From contig JACPNS010000011.1 in assembly GCA_016185345.1 (NCBI GenBank), positions 124-64,123 of the forward strand: a stretch of 64,000 nt of DNA. Reading direction: 5' to 3'. Below, piece by piece: positions 35,285 to 43,966 of the stretch. Source of the DNA: Solirubrobacterales bacterium. Lineage in GTDB: Bacteria; Actinomycetota; Thermoleophilia; Solirubrobacterales; JACPNS01. Positions within the stretch are counted from its first letter, which is position 1. The number at the start of each line of letters is the position of its first letter. The position numbers were made by a program, and so were the translations under genes. Below the pieces are notes generated by a model. It saw only the letters and a list, made by a program, of their open reading frames with translations, had not been told where the DNA came from and did not search any database.

Positions 35285-37309
35285 TTGACGTTTAAGGTGT
35301 GCGCCGTGGCTGCGCTCACGACACTCGCGGTGGACGTTGGCGGCACCTTCACGGATGCCGTTGTCAATTCTCCGAGCGGGGTGTTCACAGGCAAGACGCC
35401 GACCACCCCGGAGGATCAATCCATCGGGGTGCTGGCAGCAGCGCAAGAGGCGCTCGCTGCGGGCGCCGTTGCCCCGAGCGAAGTCGATGATTTCGTGAAC
35501 GGCATGACGGTCACGACGAACGCGCTGCTCGAGGGGCGCTTTGCCAAGACGGCTTTGCTCACGACCGCAGGCTTCGAGGACATCGATGAGATCGGCAGGC
35601 AGAACCGCGCCGACCTCTACCGGCTCGGCGCTGCGCGACCGGCGCCGATCGTTCCGGCCGAGCTGAGATTCGGTGTGACCGAGCGCTGCGGTCCCGATGG
35701 CGTGGTCACGCCGATCGATCTGCTCACCGTCCGTGAGGCGCTCGATGCGGCGATCGCCGGTGGCGCCGAGTCGATCGCGGTCTGCCTCCTCTTCGCGTTC
35801 CGCTTTCCCGAGCACGAGTCGGCGATCCGCGAGATGGCGCGCGAAGTTGACCCCTCGCTTCACGTGTCCCTTTCGCACGAGGCCGTGGGCACGTTCCGCG
35901 AGTACGAGCGCTGCGCCACAACGATTGCGGATGCCGCGCTGAGCCCGTTGCTCGCGGGATACCTCGGCCGCCTCACCGGGCGGGCGGTTGAAGCTGGCCT
36001 TCCCGCCCCGCAGGTGATGCTGAGCAACGGCGGCACCATGCCGGCCGAAACGGCCGGTCGAAACGCTTCCTGGACGGTTCTTTCCGGACCGGCTGGGGGC
36101 GCAGTCGGCGCCGCTCAAAGCGCCGAGCGCTGCGGCGAGCCGAAGGCATTGGCATTTGACATGGGCGGCACATCAACCGACATCTCGCTCGTGCGGGACG
36201 GCGCCGTTGCGGTGTCGGCCGCGCGTGAGATCGGGGGCCGTCCGATTGCACTTCCGGCCGTTGACGTGTCCACGGTTGGCGCGGGCGGTGGATCGATCGC
36301 GTGGCAGGATGCAGGCGGCGCGCTTCGCGTGGGTCCGCGCTCGGCGGGCGCGCGTCCGGGACCTGCGTGTTACGGCCACGGAGGCGAGGAAGCCACGGTC
36401 ACCGACGCCAACCTGCTGCTCGGCTACCTCTCAGAGAATTCCGCTCTCGCGGGCGGCTTGAGACTCGATCGCGCCGCGGCCGAACGAGCACTGGCCGGTG
36501 TGGGCGAGCCGCTGGGGCTGGACGCTCTCGCAACCGCCGCAGGCGTGATTGAGATTGCCAATCTCGAGATGCTGCGCGCGACCGCCGCCGCAACAGTCGC
36601 CCGTGGGATCGACCCGCGCGACCACGCGCTCGTCGCCTTCGGCGGCGCCGGGCCGATGCACGCAGCGGCAATCGCCGAGGCGCTCGAGATCACCCGCGTG
36701 ATCTGCCCGGCTGCCTGCGGCGTCCTTTCGGCCTGGGGAATCTCGGTCGCTGGGCGCAGGCGCGATCGGTCGCGAAGCATCGTCAAATCGCTTGATCAGC
36801 TGGACAGCGAAGCGCTCATGGATATCGAGAACGAGCTGGCAGAGTCCGCCGCGCTCGAACTGGGAATTGCTGCGGGCGAGTACGAAGTCGAGACTGCGTA
36901 CGAACTGCGCTACTCCGGTCAAGCATTCGAGCTGCCGGTAGTGGCCGAACACGCCGATCTCGGAACGGCCTTCCATGCAGCCCACGAAGAGCGATTCGGA
37001 TTCTCCGAGCCCGAAGCCAGCGTCGAGCTTGTCACCCTGCGCGTCAGCGTCTCAACGCCGCCGGGCCAGGTGCGAACGCCCGGAGCGAGCGCCACGAGCC
37101 CACCCGAATCAGAAACTCGCGCGACATGGTTCGGCGGTGAGGAGTTCTCGGCCGTCGTCGTCGCGGACGCCCCGCCGGCCGGCCGGCAGATCGCCGGGCC
37201 CGCCGTGATCGAGCAGTCACAGACAACGATCGTTGTCCCACCGGGTTGGGTCGCGAGCAGCGCCGGGGCAGACATAGTGCTTGACCGCATGAAAGGAGGC
37301 GCGGGATGA
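35285..37309 (+). CDS. hyuA: Hydantoinase/oxoprolinase A-family protein (HyuA-like)
   Basis: LAVDVGGTFTDAV...FDMGGTSTDISLV...VGAGGGSIA are the ASKHA-type hydantoinase A motifs. The exact start is uncertain. Confidence 0.88.
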   Translation: MTFKVCAVAALTTLAVDVGGTFTDAVVNSPSGVFTGKTPTTPEDQSIGVLAAAQEALAAGAVAPSEVDDFVNGMTVTTNALLEGRFAKTALLTTAGFEDIDEIGRQNRADLYRLGAARPAPIVPAELRFGVTERCGPDGVVTPIDLLTVREALDAAIAGGAESIAVCLLFAFRFPEHESAIREMAREVDPSLHVSLSHEAVGTFREYERCATTIADAALSPLLAGYLGRLTGRAVEAGLPAPQVMLSNGGTMPAETAGRNASWTVLSGPAGGAVGAAQSAERCGEPKALAFDMGGTSTDISLVRDGAVAVSAAREIGGRPIALPAVDVSTVGAGGGSIAWQDAGGALRVGPRSAGARPGPACYGHGGEEATVTDANLLLGYLSENSALAGGLRLDRAAAERALAGVGEPLGLDALATAAGVIEIANLEMLRATAAATVARGIDPRDHALVAFGGAGPMHAAAIAEALEITRVICPAACGVLSAWGISVAGRRRDRSRSIVKSLDQLDSEALMDIENELAESAALELGIAAGEYEVETAYELRYSGQAFELPVVAEHADLGTAFHAAHEERFGFSEPEASVELVTLRVSVSTPPGQVRTPGASATSPPESETRATWFGGEEFSAVVVADAPPAGRQIAGPAVIEQSQTTIVVPPGWVASSAGADIVLDRMKGGAG

Positions 37310-38838
37310 TCGATCCAGTGATGCTCCGAGTCACGGCCGGATCACTGGCCGCGGCCTGCGAGGAAATGGGCGAAGTCCTGATCCGCGCCGCGCACTCGGC
37401 GAACATCAAGGAGCGGCGGGACTGCTCGACCGGAGTGTTCGATGCGATCGGGCAGATGACGATGCAGGCCGAGCACATCCCGGTGCACCTCGGCGCGATG
37501 CCGGCATCCGTCGCGGCCGTCGTGGAGTTCGATCAAGCGCCGGGCGACGCCTGGGTCCTCAACGACCCCTTCAGCGGCGGTACCCACCTGCCCGACATCA
37601 CGATCGTCACTCCGATCTTCTCCGACCGGGGCAGCCACCTTGGCTTTGCCGCCTGCCGCGCCCATCACGCAGACGTCGGCGGTCGCGAACCCGGAAGCAT
37701 GCCCGCCGACAGCCGCACCCTCGAAGAGGAGGGCGTGGTGATCCCTCCGACCCGGCTGGCCGCAGGCGACGAGGTCGATCGCGAGCTACTCGACCGCCTG
37801 ATCAATCAGATGCGCCACCCGCAGCAGCGCGCGGCGGACCTTCGCGCGCAACTCGCAGCATGTCGTCGCGGCGAAGTCCGCGTGCGCGAGTTTGCTGAGC
37901 GGCATGGCGAGGCGAAATACGTCGAAGCCACGAATGCCGTGCTCGACTACGCCGAACGCCTCGCCCGCGACGGCGTCGCCGGCCTCCCTCATGGCGAGCA
38001 CCTGGCCGAGGACGTTCTCGAGGCCGACGCCCACGGCAGCCCCCACGACATCACCCTCAAGCTCGCCGCACGAGTCAACGGCGACGAGGTCGTGCTCGAT
38101 TTCAGCGGCAGCGACCCGCAGCACGAGGGCAATCTCAACTGCCCGCTCGCCGTGACCGAGTCCGCCTGCTTCTTCGCCGTTCGCGCGCTCGTCGCGCCAG
38201 ACGCGCCGGCCTGTGCCGGTGCCTGGCGCCCAGTCACCGTGATCGCGCCATCGGGCTCGATCCTCAACGCCCTCCCCCCTGCTGCCGTCGCCGGCGGAAA
38301 CGTCGAGACCTCGAGCCGAGTCGCCGATCTCGTGATGCGGGCTTTTGGCCGTGCGCAGGGCCAGGGCACGATGAACAACCTCACGCTCGGAAACGACGAC
38401 TTCACGCACTACGAAACCTTCGGCGGGGGACAGGCCGGTCAACCTGACGCGCCGGGACCAAGCGCGGTCCACGTCGCGATGAGCAACACGCTCAACACCC
38501 CGATCGAGGCGCTCGAACTCGAGTTCCCGCTGCGTGTTCACGAATACGCGATTCGCCGGGGCAGCGGCGGCAGCGGTGCCAACAGGGGCGGCGATGGCTT
38601 GGTCCGCGACGTCGAAGCGCTCGCCGACATGCGTTACTCGTTAATCGCCGAGCGCCGGCGTCACCATCCGCACGGCGCCGAGGGTGGCGGTGACGGAATG
38701 CCCGGAGAAGATTCGATCGACGGAGTCCAGATTCCCGGAAAGTCCGTCGGCAAACTGAAGGTCGGCTCACGCCTGCGCATCGAGACTCCAGGCGGAGGCG
38801 GGTTCGGTTCCTCCGGACCCTCACTAAGATCGGCTTGA
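37306..38838 (+). CDS. hyuB: Hydantoinase B/oxoprolinase-family protein (HyuB-like)
   Basis: AHSANIKERRDCSTGVFD...LNDPFSGGTHLPDITIVTP is the hydantoinase B signature. 4-nt overlap with hyuA. Confidence 0.88.
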   Translation: MIDPVMLRVTAGSLAAACEEMGEVLIRAAHSANIKERRDCSTGVFDAIGQMTMQAEHIPVHLGAMPASVAAVVEFDQAPGDAWVLNDPFSGGTHLPDITIVTPIFSDRGSHLGFAACRAHHADVGGREPGSMPADSRTLEEEGVVIPPTRLAAGDEVDRELLDRLINQMRHPQQRAADLRAQLAACRRGEVRVREFAERHGEAKYVEATNAVLDYAERLARDGVAGLPHGEHLAEDVLEADAHGSPHDITLKLAARVNGDEVVLDFSGSDPQHEGNLNCPLAVTESACFFAVRALVAPDAPACAGAWRPVTVIAPSGSILNALPPAAVAGGNVETSSRVADLVMRAFGRAQGQGTMNNLTLGNDDFTHYETFGGGQAGQPDAPGPSAVHVAMSNTLNTPIEALELEFPLRVHEYAIRRGSGGSGANRGGDGLVRDVEALADMRYSLIAERRRHHPHGAEGGGDGMPGEDSIDGVQIPGKSVGKLKVGSRLRIETPGGGGFGSSGPSLRSA

Positions 38839-39464
38839 TGCCGATCGCACTCAAAGAATGGGCCGTGACCGTGAGGGCCCTCGCCGAGGGCGAGCAGTTG
38901 ATCACCCTGCGCAAGGGGGGCATCCGCGAAGAGAACAAGCACTTCGAGATCGCCGGCAAGCAGTTCTTCCTCTACCCCACGTTTGACCACCAGCAGGCTG
39001 GGCTCGTCCGCGAGTCGCACGTACCCGAGCTCAAGCGCGCGCTCGAGGACGGCGTCTGGAATCCGCCCGCGCCGACGGCCCGGCAGATGGAAGCCGGCGT
39101 GCCGGTGGCTCAGCCGGTCAGCGTGCGAGTGCGCGCCTGGGCCGAGGTCGTAGCGAGCTACGAGGTCACCCAGCCCGACATGCTCGAATCGCTGATTCCG
39201 TACCACGTCTGGACCCGTGAATACGCCGCCAAGCGCTTCAACTGGAAGCCCCGCCACCCGCTTCACGTGCTGCTTCTGCGCACGTACCGCATCCCTCGAC
39301 CGGTGACGATCCGCGTCGCCGAGGATTACCTCGGTTGCAAGTCGTGGATCGACGTCGAACGCGAACTTCCCTTTGAGGGAACGGCCGTGGTGTCGGACGC
39401 GGAGTTCGCAGCGATTCAGGCCGATGTCGAGCAACGCCTCGGCGGCGTCGGCACCCCGGCATAG
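38838..39464 (+). CDS. DUF1802-family protein
   Basis: MPIALKEWAVTVRALAEGEQLITLRKGGIREE... is recalled as the DUF1802 N-terminal pattern. TGATG overlap with the hyuB stop. Confidence 0.55.
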   Translation: MPIALKEWAVTVRALAEGEQLITLRKGGIREENKHFEIAGKQFFLYPTFDHQQAGLVRESHVPELKRALEDGVWNPPAPTARQMEAGVPVAQPVSVRVRAWAEVVASYEVTQPDMLESLIPYHVWTREYAAKRFNWKPRHPLHVLLLRTYRIPRPVTIRVAEDYLGCKSWIDVERELPFEGTAVVSDAEFAAIQADVEQRLGGVGTPA

Positions 39465-39493
39465 GTAACCCTTTTTGCGGATACCCTTCGCTC

Positions 39494-41620
39494 GTGCGGA
39501 TGAGAGGCCTAACGGGGATTCTTGCCGCAGCCACTGTGGCTGCGACGATGGCGCTTGGCGCCACGCCGGCCAGCGCCGCCAATACCTGGCTGCCCTGCGT
39601 TGACGCTGAGATCCCCTACGACTGCGCCACCTACTTGATGCCGCTCGATCGCACCGGCGCGATCGCTGGTGCCACGAGTGTTCGTGCCACGCGTTTTTCT
39701 GCCACCGAGGGTCCGCGAATGGGAACGATCTTCGTAATCGCTGGCGGCCCGGGCCAGACCGCTTCGGTGATGCTGGGACTGATGCTCGATTCCTTTTCAG
39801 GAGCGAATCGCTACGACATCATCGCTGTTGACCAGCGCGGCTCCGGATCTTCCGAGCCGCTGAACTGCCCGCGCATCGAGGCCGGCACGTTTGATTGGGA
39901 CCCGGGCGACCCACGCAGCGATGGCCCGTTCACGGATTGCTCGTTATCGCTGGGTCCGCAACGCGCAGCCTTCAACACGGTAGAAGCCGTCGCCGACCTC
40001 GAAACGATCCGCAACGACCTCGGCATCGCGCAGGCGACCTTCTTCGGAGTCTCGTACGGCACGAAGGTCGCCCTGGCCTACGCCCAGGCGCACCCGGCCA
40101 ACACCAAGGCACTTCTGATCGACTCAGTCCTGCCGACCGACATGCCCGCTCAGTTCGACGTCGACTCGATCGCAGCGGCACGCGGCGCACTCCGCCGGAT
40201 CTGCAGCGGCAACCGCTGCCGGGGCATTGGAAATTCGCCCGTATCCAATCTGTCGCGGCTTGCGTCGCGCCTTGAACGCCGCCCGATCCCGACTTTCCTG
40301 ATCTTTCCCGATGGTCGCGTCAGCGAGCAGAAGATCGACGCAGTTGCCTTGAACGAGATCCTCTTTTCGGCCGACGTCAATGCGTTCGTATACAACCAGT
40401 TTCCGGGCATGCTCACCGAAGCACTCGATCGAAACGACGCGCAGCTCCAGAGGTTGTTCGCAATCATCAACGGCGCAGTCGGGTCAAATGACGAGATGGC
40501 CGGGGCAAGGCGACTGGCGGCAAAGCTCCCAAAACCCAGCAAGATCTCGTCGCCGCCCAAGCCCGGCGACCGAGTGGTCGGCCGCGCTGCCGAGGACCTC
40601 GCCGACTTCAGCACGACGATGTTCTTCGCCACAACCTGCGCCGATTTCCAGCCGCCGTGGCCGCGCAGCAGCGATGTGAGCAATCGCCAAGCAGCGATCA
40701 ACGCGGCCGCGAACGCCGTCCCAGATTCTCAGTTCTATCCCTTCTCGCGTGCAACCGCGCGCAACAACTCCACCTCTTCGTACTGCCGCGGCTGGCAGCA
40801 GAGCCCGACGCCGCCCGCAATCGCCCCGGGCCCACTCCCGAACGTCCCCACTCTCGCGCTGAACGGCAGCCTCGACCTGCGCACCCCTACTTCATGGGCT
40901 GAGCGGGCGATCGCCGGCAACCCAAGTGCCCAGCTTGTCGACATTCCGAACACCGGTCACTCGGTCATCGGAACTGACCTCAGCGGGTGCGCCCTGTCGC
41001 TGGCCAAGCGATTCCTCATCTTCGGCGCAACCGACGGCAAATGCCGCGAAACGTCGCCAGCAGTGCCGGTGGCGCCGCGCCCGCCGACAAGCCTGCAGAG
41101 CGTCCGCGCTCCCGCCGGAAACTGCAGCGGATTCCGCGGCAGTGGCTGCGCTCGGGCCAAACAGACCCTCACTGCCGGATACCTCGCGATGCGCGACACG
41201 CTCGACCAGGCGCTGATCGGCGGAATGGACGCCGGCAACGGACTGCTCAGCGGTACCTGGGGCATCGAATACGACCTGGGTGGAGACTTCTCATTGATCC
41301 CGCTAGGCCTGAGCATGGAGGGTGTGAGCAATGTGCCCGGTGTCTACACCTCGGGCAGGCTTGGCCTCGAGAACGCCCCGCGAGTCAGCAACAACCTACG
41401 AATGGGCGGCTGGCGAGTGCGGGTCGCCGGGCAGATCAACTACGACCGCGCGAATGACTCACTCACTTTGACGGCACGTCGTGGTCGCGCCCGCGTCTCC
41501 GTTCGAATCCGCGCGCGCGCAAGCCGCGTCACGACCGGTGCCGTCACTGCGCGTCAATTGAAGCTGCGTCGCAACTACGCGCTGGCGGCGAACCCGCCAG
41601 CAAGTGCGTTCACCCGGTAG
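39494..41620 (+). CDS. Secreted alpha/beta hydrolase (S33 tripeptidyl-aminopeptidase-like) with a long C-terminal extension
   Basis: Signal peptide ending ATPASA. GGPGQ, VDQRGSGSSEPL, nucleophile elbow GVSYGT and NTGHSV near the TAP-like C-terminal domain. About 200 extra residues follow. Confidence 0.75.
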   Translation: MRMRGLTGILAAATVAATMALGATPASAANTWLPCVDAEIPYDCATYLMPLDRTGAIAGATSVRATRFSATEGPRMGTIFVIAGGPGQTASVMLGLMLDSFSGANRYDIIAVDQRGSGSSEPLNCPRIEAGTFDWDPGDPRSDGPFTDCSLSLGPQRAAFNTVEAVADLETIRNDLGIAQATFFGVSYGTKVALAYAQAHPANTKALLIDSVLPTDMPAQFDVDSIAAARGALRRICSGNRCRGIGNSPVSNLSRLASRLERRPIPTFLIFPDGRVSEQKIDAVALNEILFSADVNAFVYNQFPGMLTEALDRNDAQLQRLFAIINGAVGSNDEMAGARRLAAKLPKPSKISSPPKPGDRVVGRAAEDLADFSTTMFFATTCADFQPPWPRSSDVSNRQAAINAAANAVPDSQFYPFSRATARNNSTSSYCRGWQQSPTPPAIAPGPLPNVPTLALNGSLDLRTPTSWAERAIAGNPSAQLVDIPNTGHSVIGTDLSGCALSLAKRFLIFGATDGKCRETSPAVPVAPRPPTSLQSVRAPAGNCSGFRGSGCARAKQTLTAGYLAMRDTLDQALIGGMDAGNGLLSGTWGIEYDLGGDFSLIPLGLSMEGVSNVPGVYTSGRLGLENAPRVSNNLRMGGWRVRVAGQINYDRANDSLTLTARRGRARVSVRIRARASRVTTGAVTARQLKLRRNYALAANPPASAFTR

Positions 41621-41624
41621 TCGG

Positions 41625-42602
41625 CTACCAGAAGAGCGTCGACTCGAGAGAGCCGTCCCCCTCTAGTTCTTCGATCGTCTTCGTATAGACGCCCGAGGAG
41701 AGGTATTTCCAGCCGTCGTCGGCGATCACGAAGACGACGTCGCCCTCATCAAACGCTTCTGCGGCCTTGACGGCGACTGAGCAGATTGCTCCGCTTGATA
41801 CTCCGGCAAAGATGCCCTCTTCTTCGAGCAGCTTCTTCGTCCAGACAACTGCGTCGCGGTTGTTGACGATGATCTTTCGGTCGATCAGGCTGAGGTCGAT
41901 GATCGGCGGGATGAAGCCGTCGGCCAGCGACCGGAGCCCCTGCACGAGCTCGCCCTGGAGCGGCTCGGAGGCGACGATCTGCGTGCCGGTGCCCTGGTCT
42001 TTGAAATACCGGGCGTGGCCCATCAGCGTGCCGCCGGTACCGAGGCCCGCAACGAACGCGGCGATGTTGCCGAGCTCCTCGTGAATCTCGGGTGCGGTGC
42101 CGTTGTAGTGGGCGAGCGGGTTTGCCTCGTTGCCGTACTGGTACGGCATGTAGTAATCCGGGTTTTTCTCGGAAATGTCGAGTGCCATCTCGACGGCACC
42201 GTTCGACCCCTTGGCGCCCTCGCTGTAGATGATCTCGGCGCCGTACATCTTCAGGAGCTGGGTGCGCTCCTCGGTGACATTGTCGGGCATCACGACCTTG
42301 AGCTTGTAGCCCTTGCGACTGGCGATCATCGCCATCGCGATACCGGTGTTGCCGGAGGTCGGCTCAAACAATGTGGCTCCGGGCGCGATCGCGCCCTTGG
42401 CCTCGGCATCCTCGATCAAAGACTTGGCGACGCGGTCCTTGACGGAACCGGTCGGGTTGTGCGACTCGAGCTTTGCCCAGAGGCGCACACCGGGCTTGGG
42501 CGAGAGCCGCTTCAGTTCGACCAGCGGCGTGTGACCGATCGATTCGACGATGTCGGCGTACTTGCCGCCGCCCACACGATTCTTTTCCCCGATGACGTCC
42601 AT
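41625..42602 (-). CDS. cysM: Cysteine synthase (PLP-dependent; CysM-type by context)
   Basis: IGHTPLVEL...NPTGSVKDRVA...TSGNTG. It is clustered with mec, cysO and moeZ. Confidence 0.88.
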   Translation of the reverse strand: MDVIGEKNRVGGGKYADIVESIGHTPLVELKRLSPKPGVRLWAKLESHNPTGSVKDRVAKSLIEDAEAKGAIAPGATLFEPTSGNTGIAMAMIASRKGYKLKVVMPDNVTEERTQLLKMYGAEIIYSEGAKGSNGAVEMALDISEKNPDYYMPYQYGNEANPLAHYNGTAPEIHEELGNIAAFVAGLGTGGTLMGHARYFKDQGTGTQIVASEPLQGELVQGLRSLADGFIPPIIDLSLIDRKIIVNNRDAVVWTKKLLEEEGIFAGVSSGAICSVAVKAAEAFDEGDVVFVIADDGWKYLSSGVYTKTIEELEGDGSLESTLFW

Positions 42603-42655
42603 TACTTCAAAAACTATAGTCTCCGATCTCCTAATCGGTGTTTACAACTTTCATC

Positions 42656-43051
42656 ATGAAATTCACCCAATCCCAGATCGACGAAATGGTCGCCCACGCC
42701 CGCGACGACGTGCCCAATGAGTGCTGCGGCGTGGTCAGCTCCAAAGACGGTGTCGCGGAGCAGGTCCATCGCGCAGTAAACGCAGCTGCCAGCCCGCTGC
42801 GTTACGAAATCGACTCGGCGGACTTCCTGCGCATCTACAACCTGATCGACGACGCGGATCAGGAGGTCGGCGCGATCTACCACTCGCACACCCGCAGCGC
42901 GGCCTATCCGTCACAGACCGACATCAACCTCGCACTCTGGCCCGACGCCCTTTACATCATCGTTTCGCTCGCCGCCGACGAGGCCGATGTGAAGGCCTTC
43001 GCGATTGTCGACCGGAAGGTCGCTGAAGTCACACTCGAAATCACCGCTTAG
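42656..43051 (+). CDS. mec: JAMM/MPN+ metalloprotease (Mec-like)
   Basis: ECCGVV...YHSHTRSAAYPSQTD is the E...HxHx7Sx2D JAMM motif. Start chosen at ATG 42656 (MKFTQSQIDEM). Confidence 0.85.
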   Translation: MKFTQSQIDEMVAHARDDVPNECCGVVSSKDGVAEQVHRAVNAAASPLRYEIDSADFLRIYNLIDDADQEVGAIYHSHTRSAAYPSQTDINLALWPDALYIIVSLAADEADVKAFAIVDRKVAEVTLEITA

Positions 43052-43107
43052 TCACATGGAAGAACCGGGGTGCATCTCTTGCCTCACGGCGGTAGAGTGA
43101 AGCTGCG

Positions 43108-43656
43108 ATGCCGTTTTTCGAGGACAACACGTGTCCCTTCTGCGGCGCGCGCTTCCAACCCGGCGCTTCCGCATGCCCGGCATGCGACTTGCCTTTGCTC
43201 GGGGAAGATGGCTCGCGTCCGCCAGAACGAGAAAGCACGCCCTTTGACGGCGCGTCGCTATTTGACGGCGCCTTTCCCGACGAAGACTTTCTGCCCGAGC
43301 GCAGGTTCGATCCTCCGCTTGCCACCGAGGCGCCAACCCGCGAAGGCGGAGACTCAATGCGCTGCGTCGTCGTTGCGATGAACCGCTCCGAGGCCGACAT
43401 GCTCGAGGACATGCTTCGCGCCGAGGGCGTGCCCTGCATGGTTCGCTCGATCGGCACCGAGATCTACTCGATGACGAAGAATCGCTGCGAAGTGCTCGTT
43501 CCCGAGTACGCACTGCCGACCGCGCGTGAACTGTTGCGCATCAAGACACCTGAACCTCAGGAGCCGGCGACTCCCCCGGTTGCGCTCGCCCTGTTGATCT
43601 TCGCCGGCATCGTCGCGACGATTCTCTCCGTGGCCTTCGCGCTTACTTACCTCTAG
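43108..43656 (+). CDS. Zinc-ribbon protein with a DUF2007-like domain and a C-terminal transmembrane anchor
   Basis: N-terminal CPFCGARFQPGASACPAC, central MRCVVVAMNRSEADMLEDMLRAEGVPCMV, and C-terminal VALALLIFAGIVATILSVAFAL. Its stop overlaps the cysO stop in a CTAG palindrome. Confidence 0.55.
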   Translation: MPFFEDNTCPFCGARFQPGASACPACDLPLLGEDGSRPPERESTPFDGASLFDGAFPDEDFLPERRFDPPLATEAPTREGGDSMRCVVVAMNRSEADMLEDMLRAEGVPCMVRSIGTEIYSMTKNRCEVLVPEYALPTARELLRIKTPEPQEPATPPVALALLIFAGIVATILSVAFALTYL

Positions 43657-43931
43657 AGCGACCCACCAGCCATTGCCGGCAGGATCATCACCGTGTCTGC
43701 GTCCTCTACGGACGTGTCCAGCCCTTCAAGAACGCGAACATCCTCGTTGTTCAGGTAGACGTTGACGTAGCGATTGAGATCCCCATCGGGACCAAAGATC
43801 TGGCCCGAGGTGTCCGGGTAGCTCTCGATCATGCTGCGCAGGACGTCACCGACGTTTCTGCCGGCTGCACTGACTTCTTTTTCGCCGTCGGTCGCTGAGC
43901 GCAGAACGGGCGGAATCTTCACGGTGGCCAT
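43653..43931 (-). CDS. cysO: ThiS/MoaD-family sulfur carrier (CysO-like) ending in GG-SL
   Basis: ATG 43931 gives MATVKIPPVLRSATDGEKEV...DADTVMILPAMAGGSL*. It has a beta-grasp-sized length of 92 aa. Confidence 0.8.
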   Translation of the reverse strand: MATVKIPPVLRSATDGEKEVSAAGRNVGDVLRSMIESYPDTSGQIFGPDGDLNRYVNVYLNNEDVRVLEGLDTSVEDADTVMILPAMAGGSL

Positions 43932-43966
43932 AGAGGCGGGGATGCTACCGAATCGTCCGGTAACAC

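Noticed and set aside
41501-41510. GTTCGAATCC, identical to the tRNA T-loop consensus.
   Set aside because: The flanking bases do not form a T-stem or any acceptor or anticodon arms. The site lies inside the well-supported alpha/beta hydrolase CDS.
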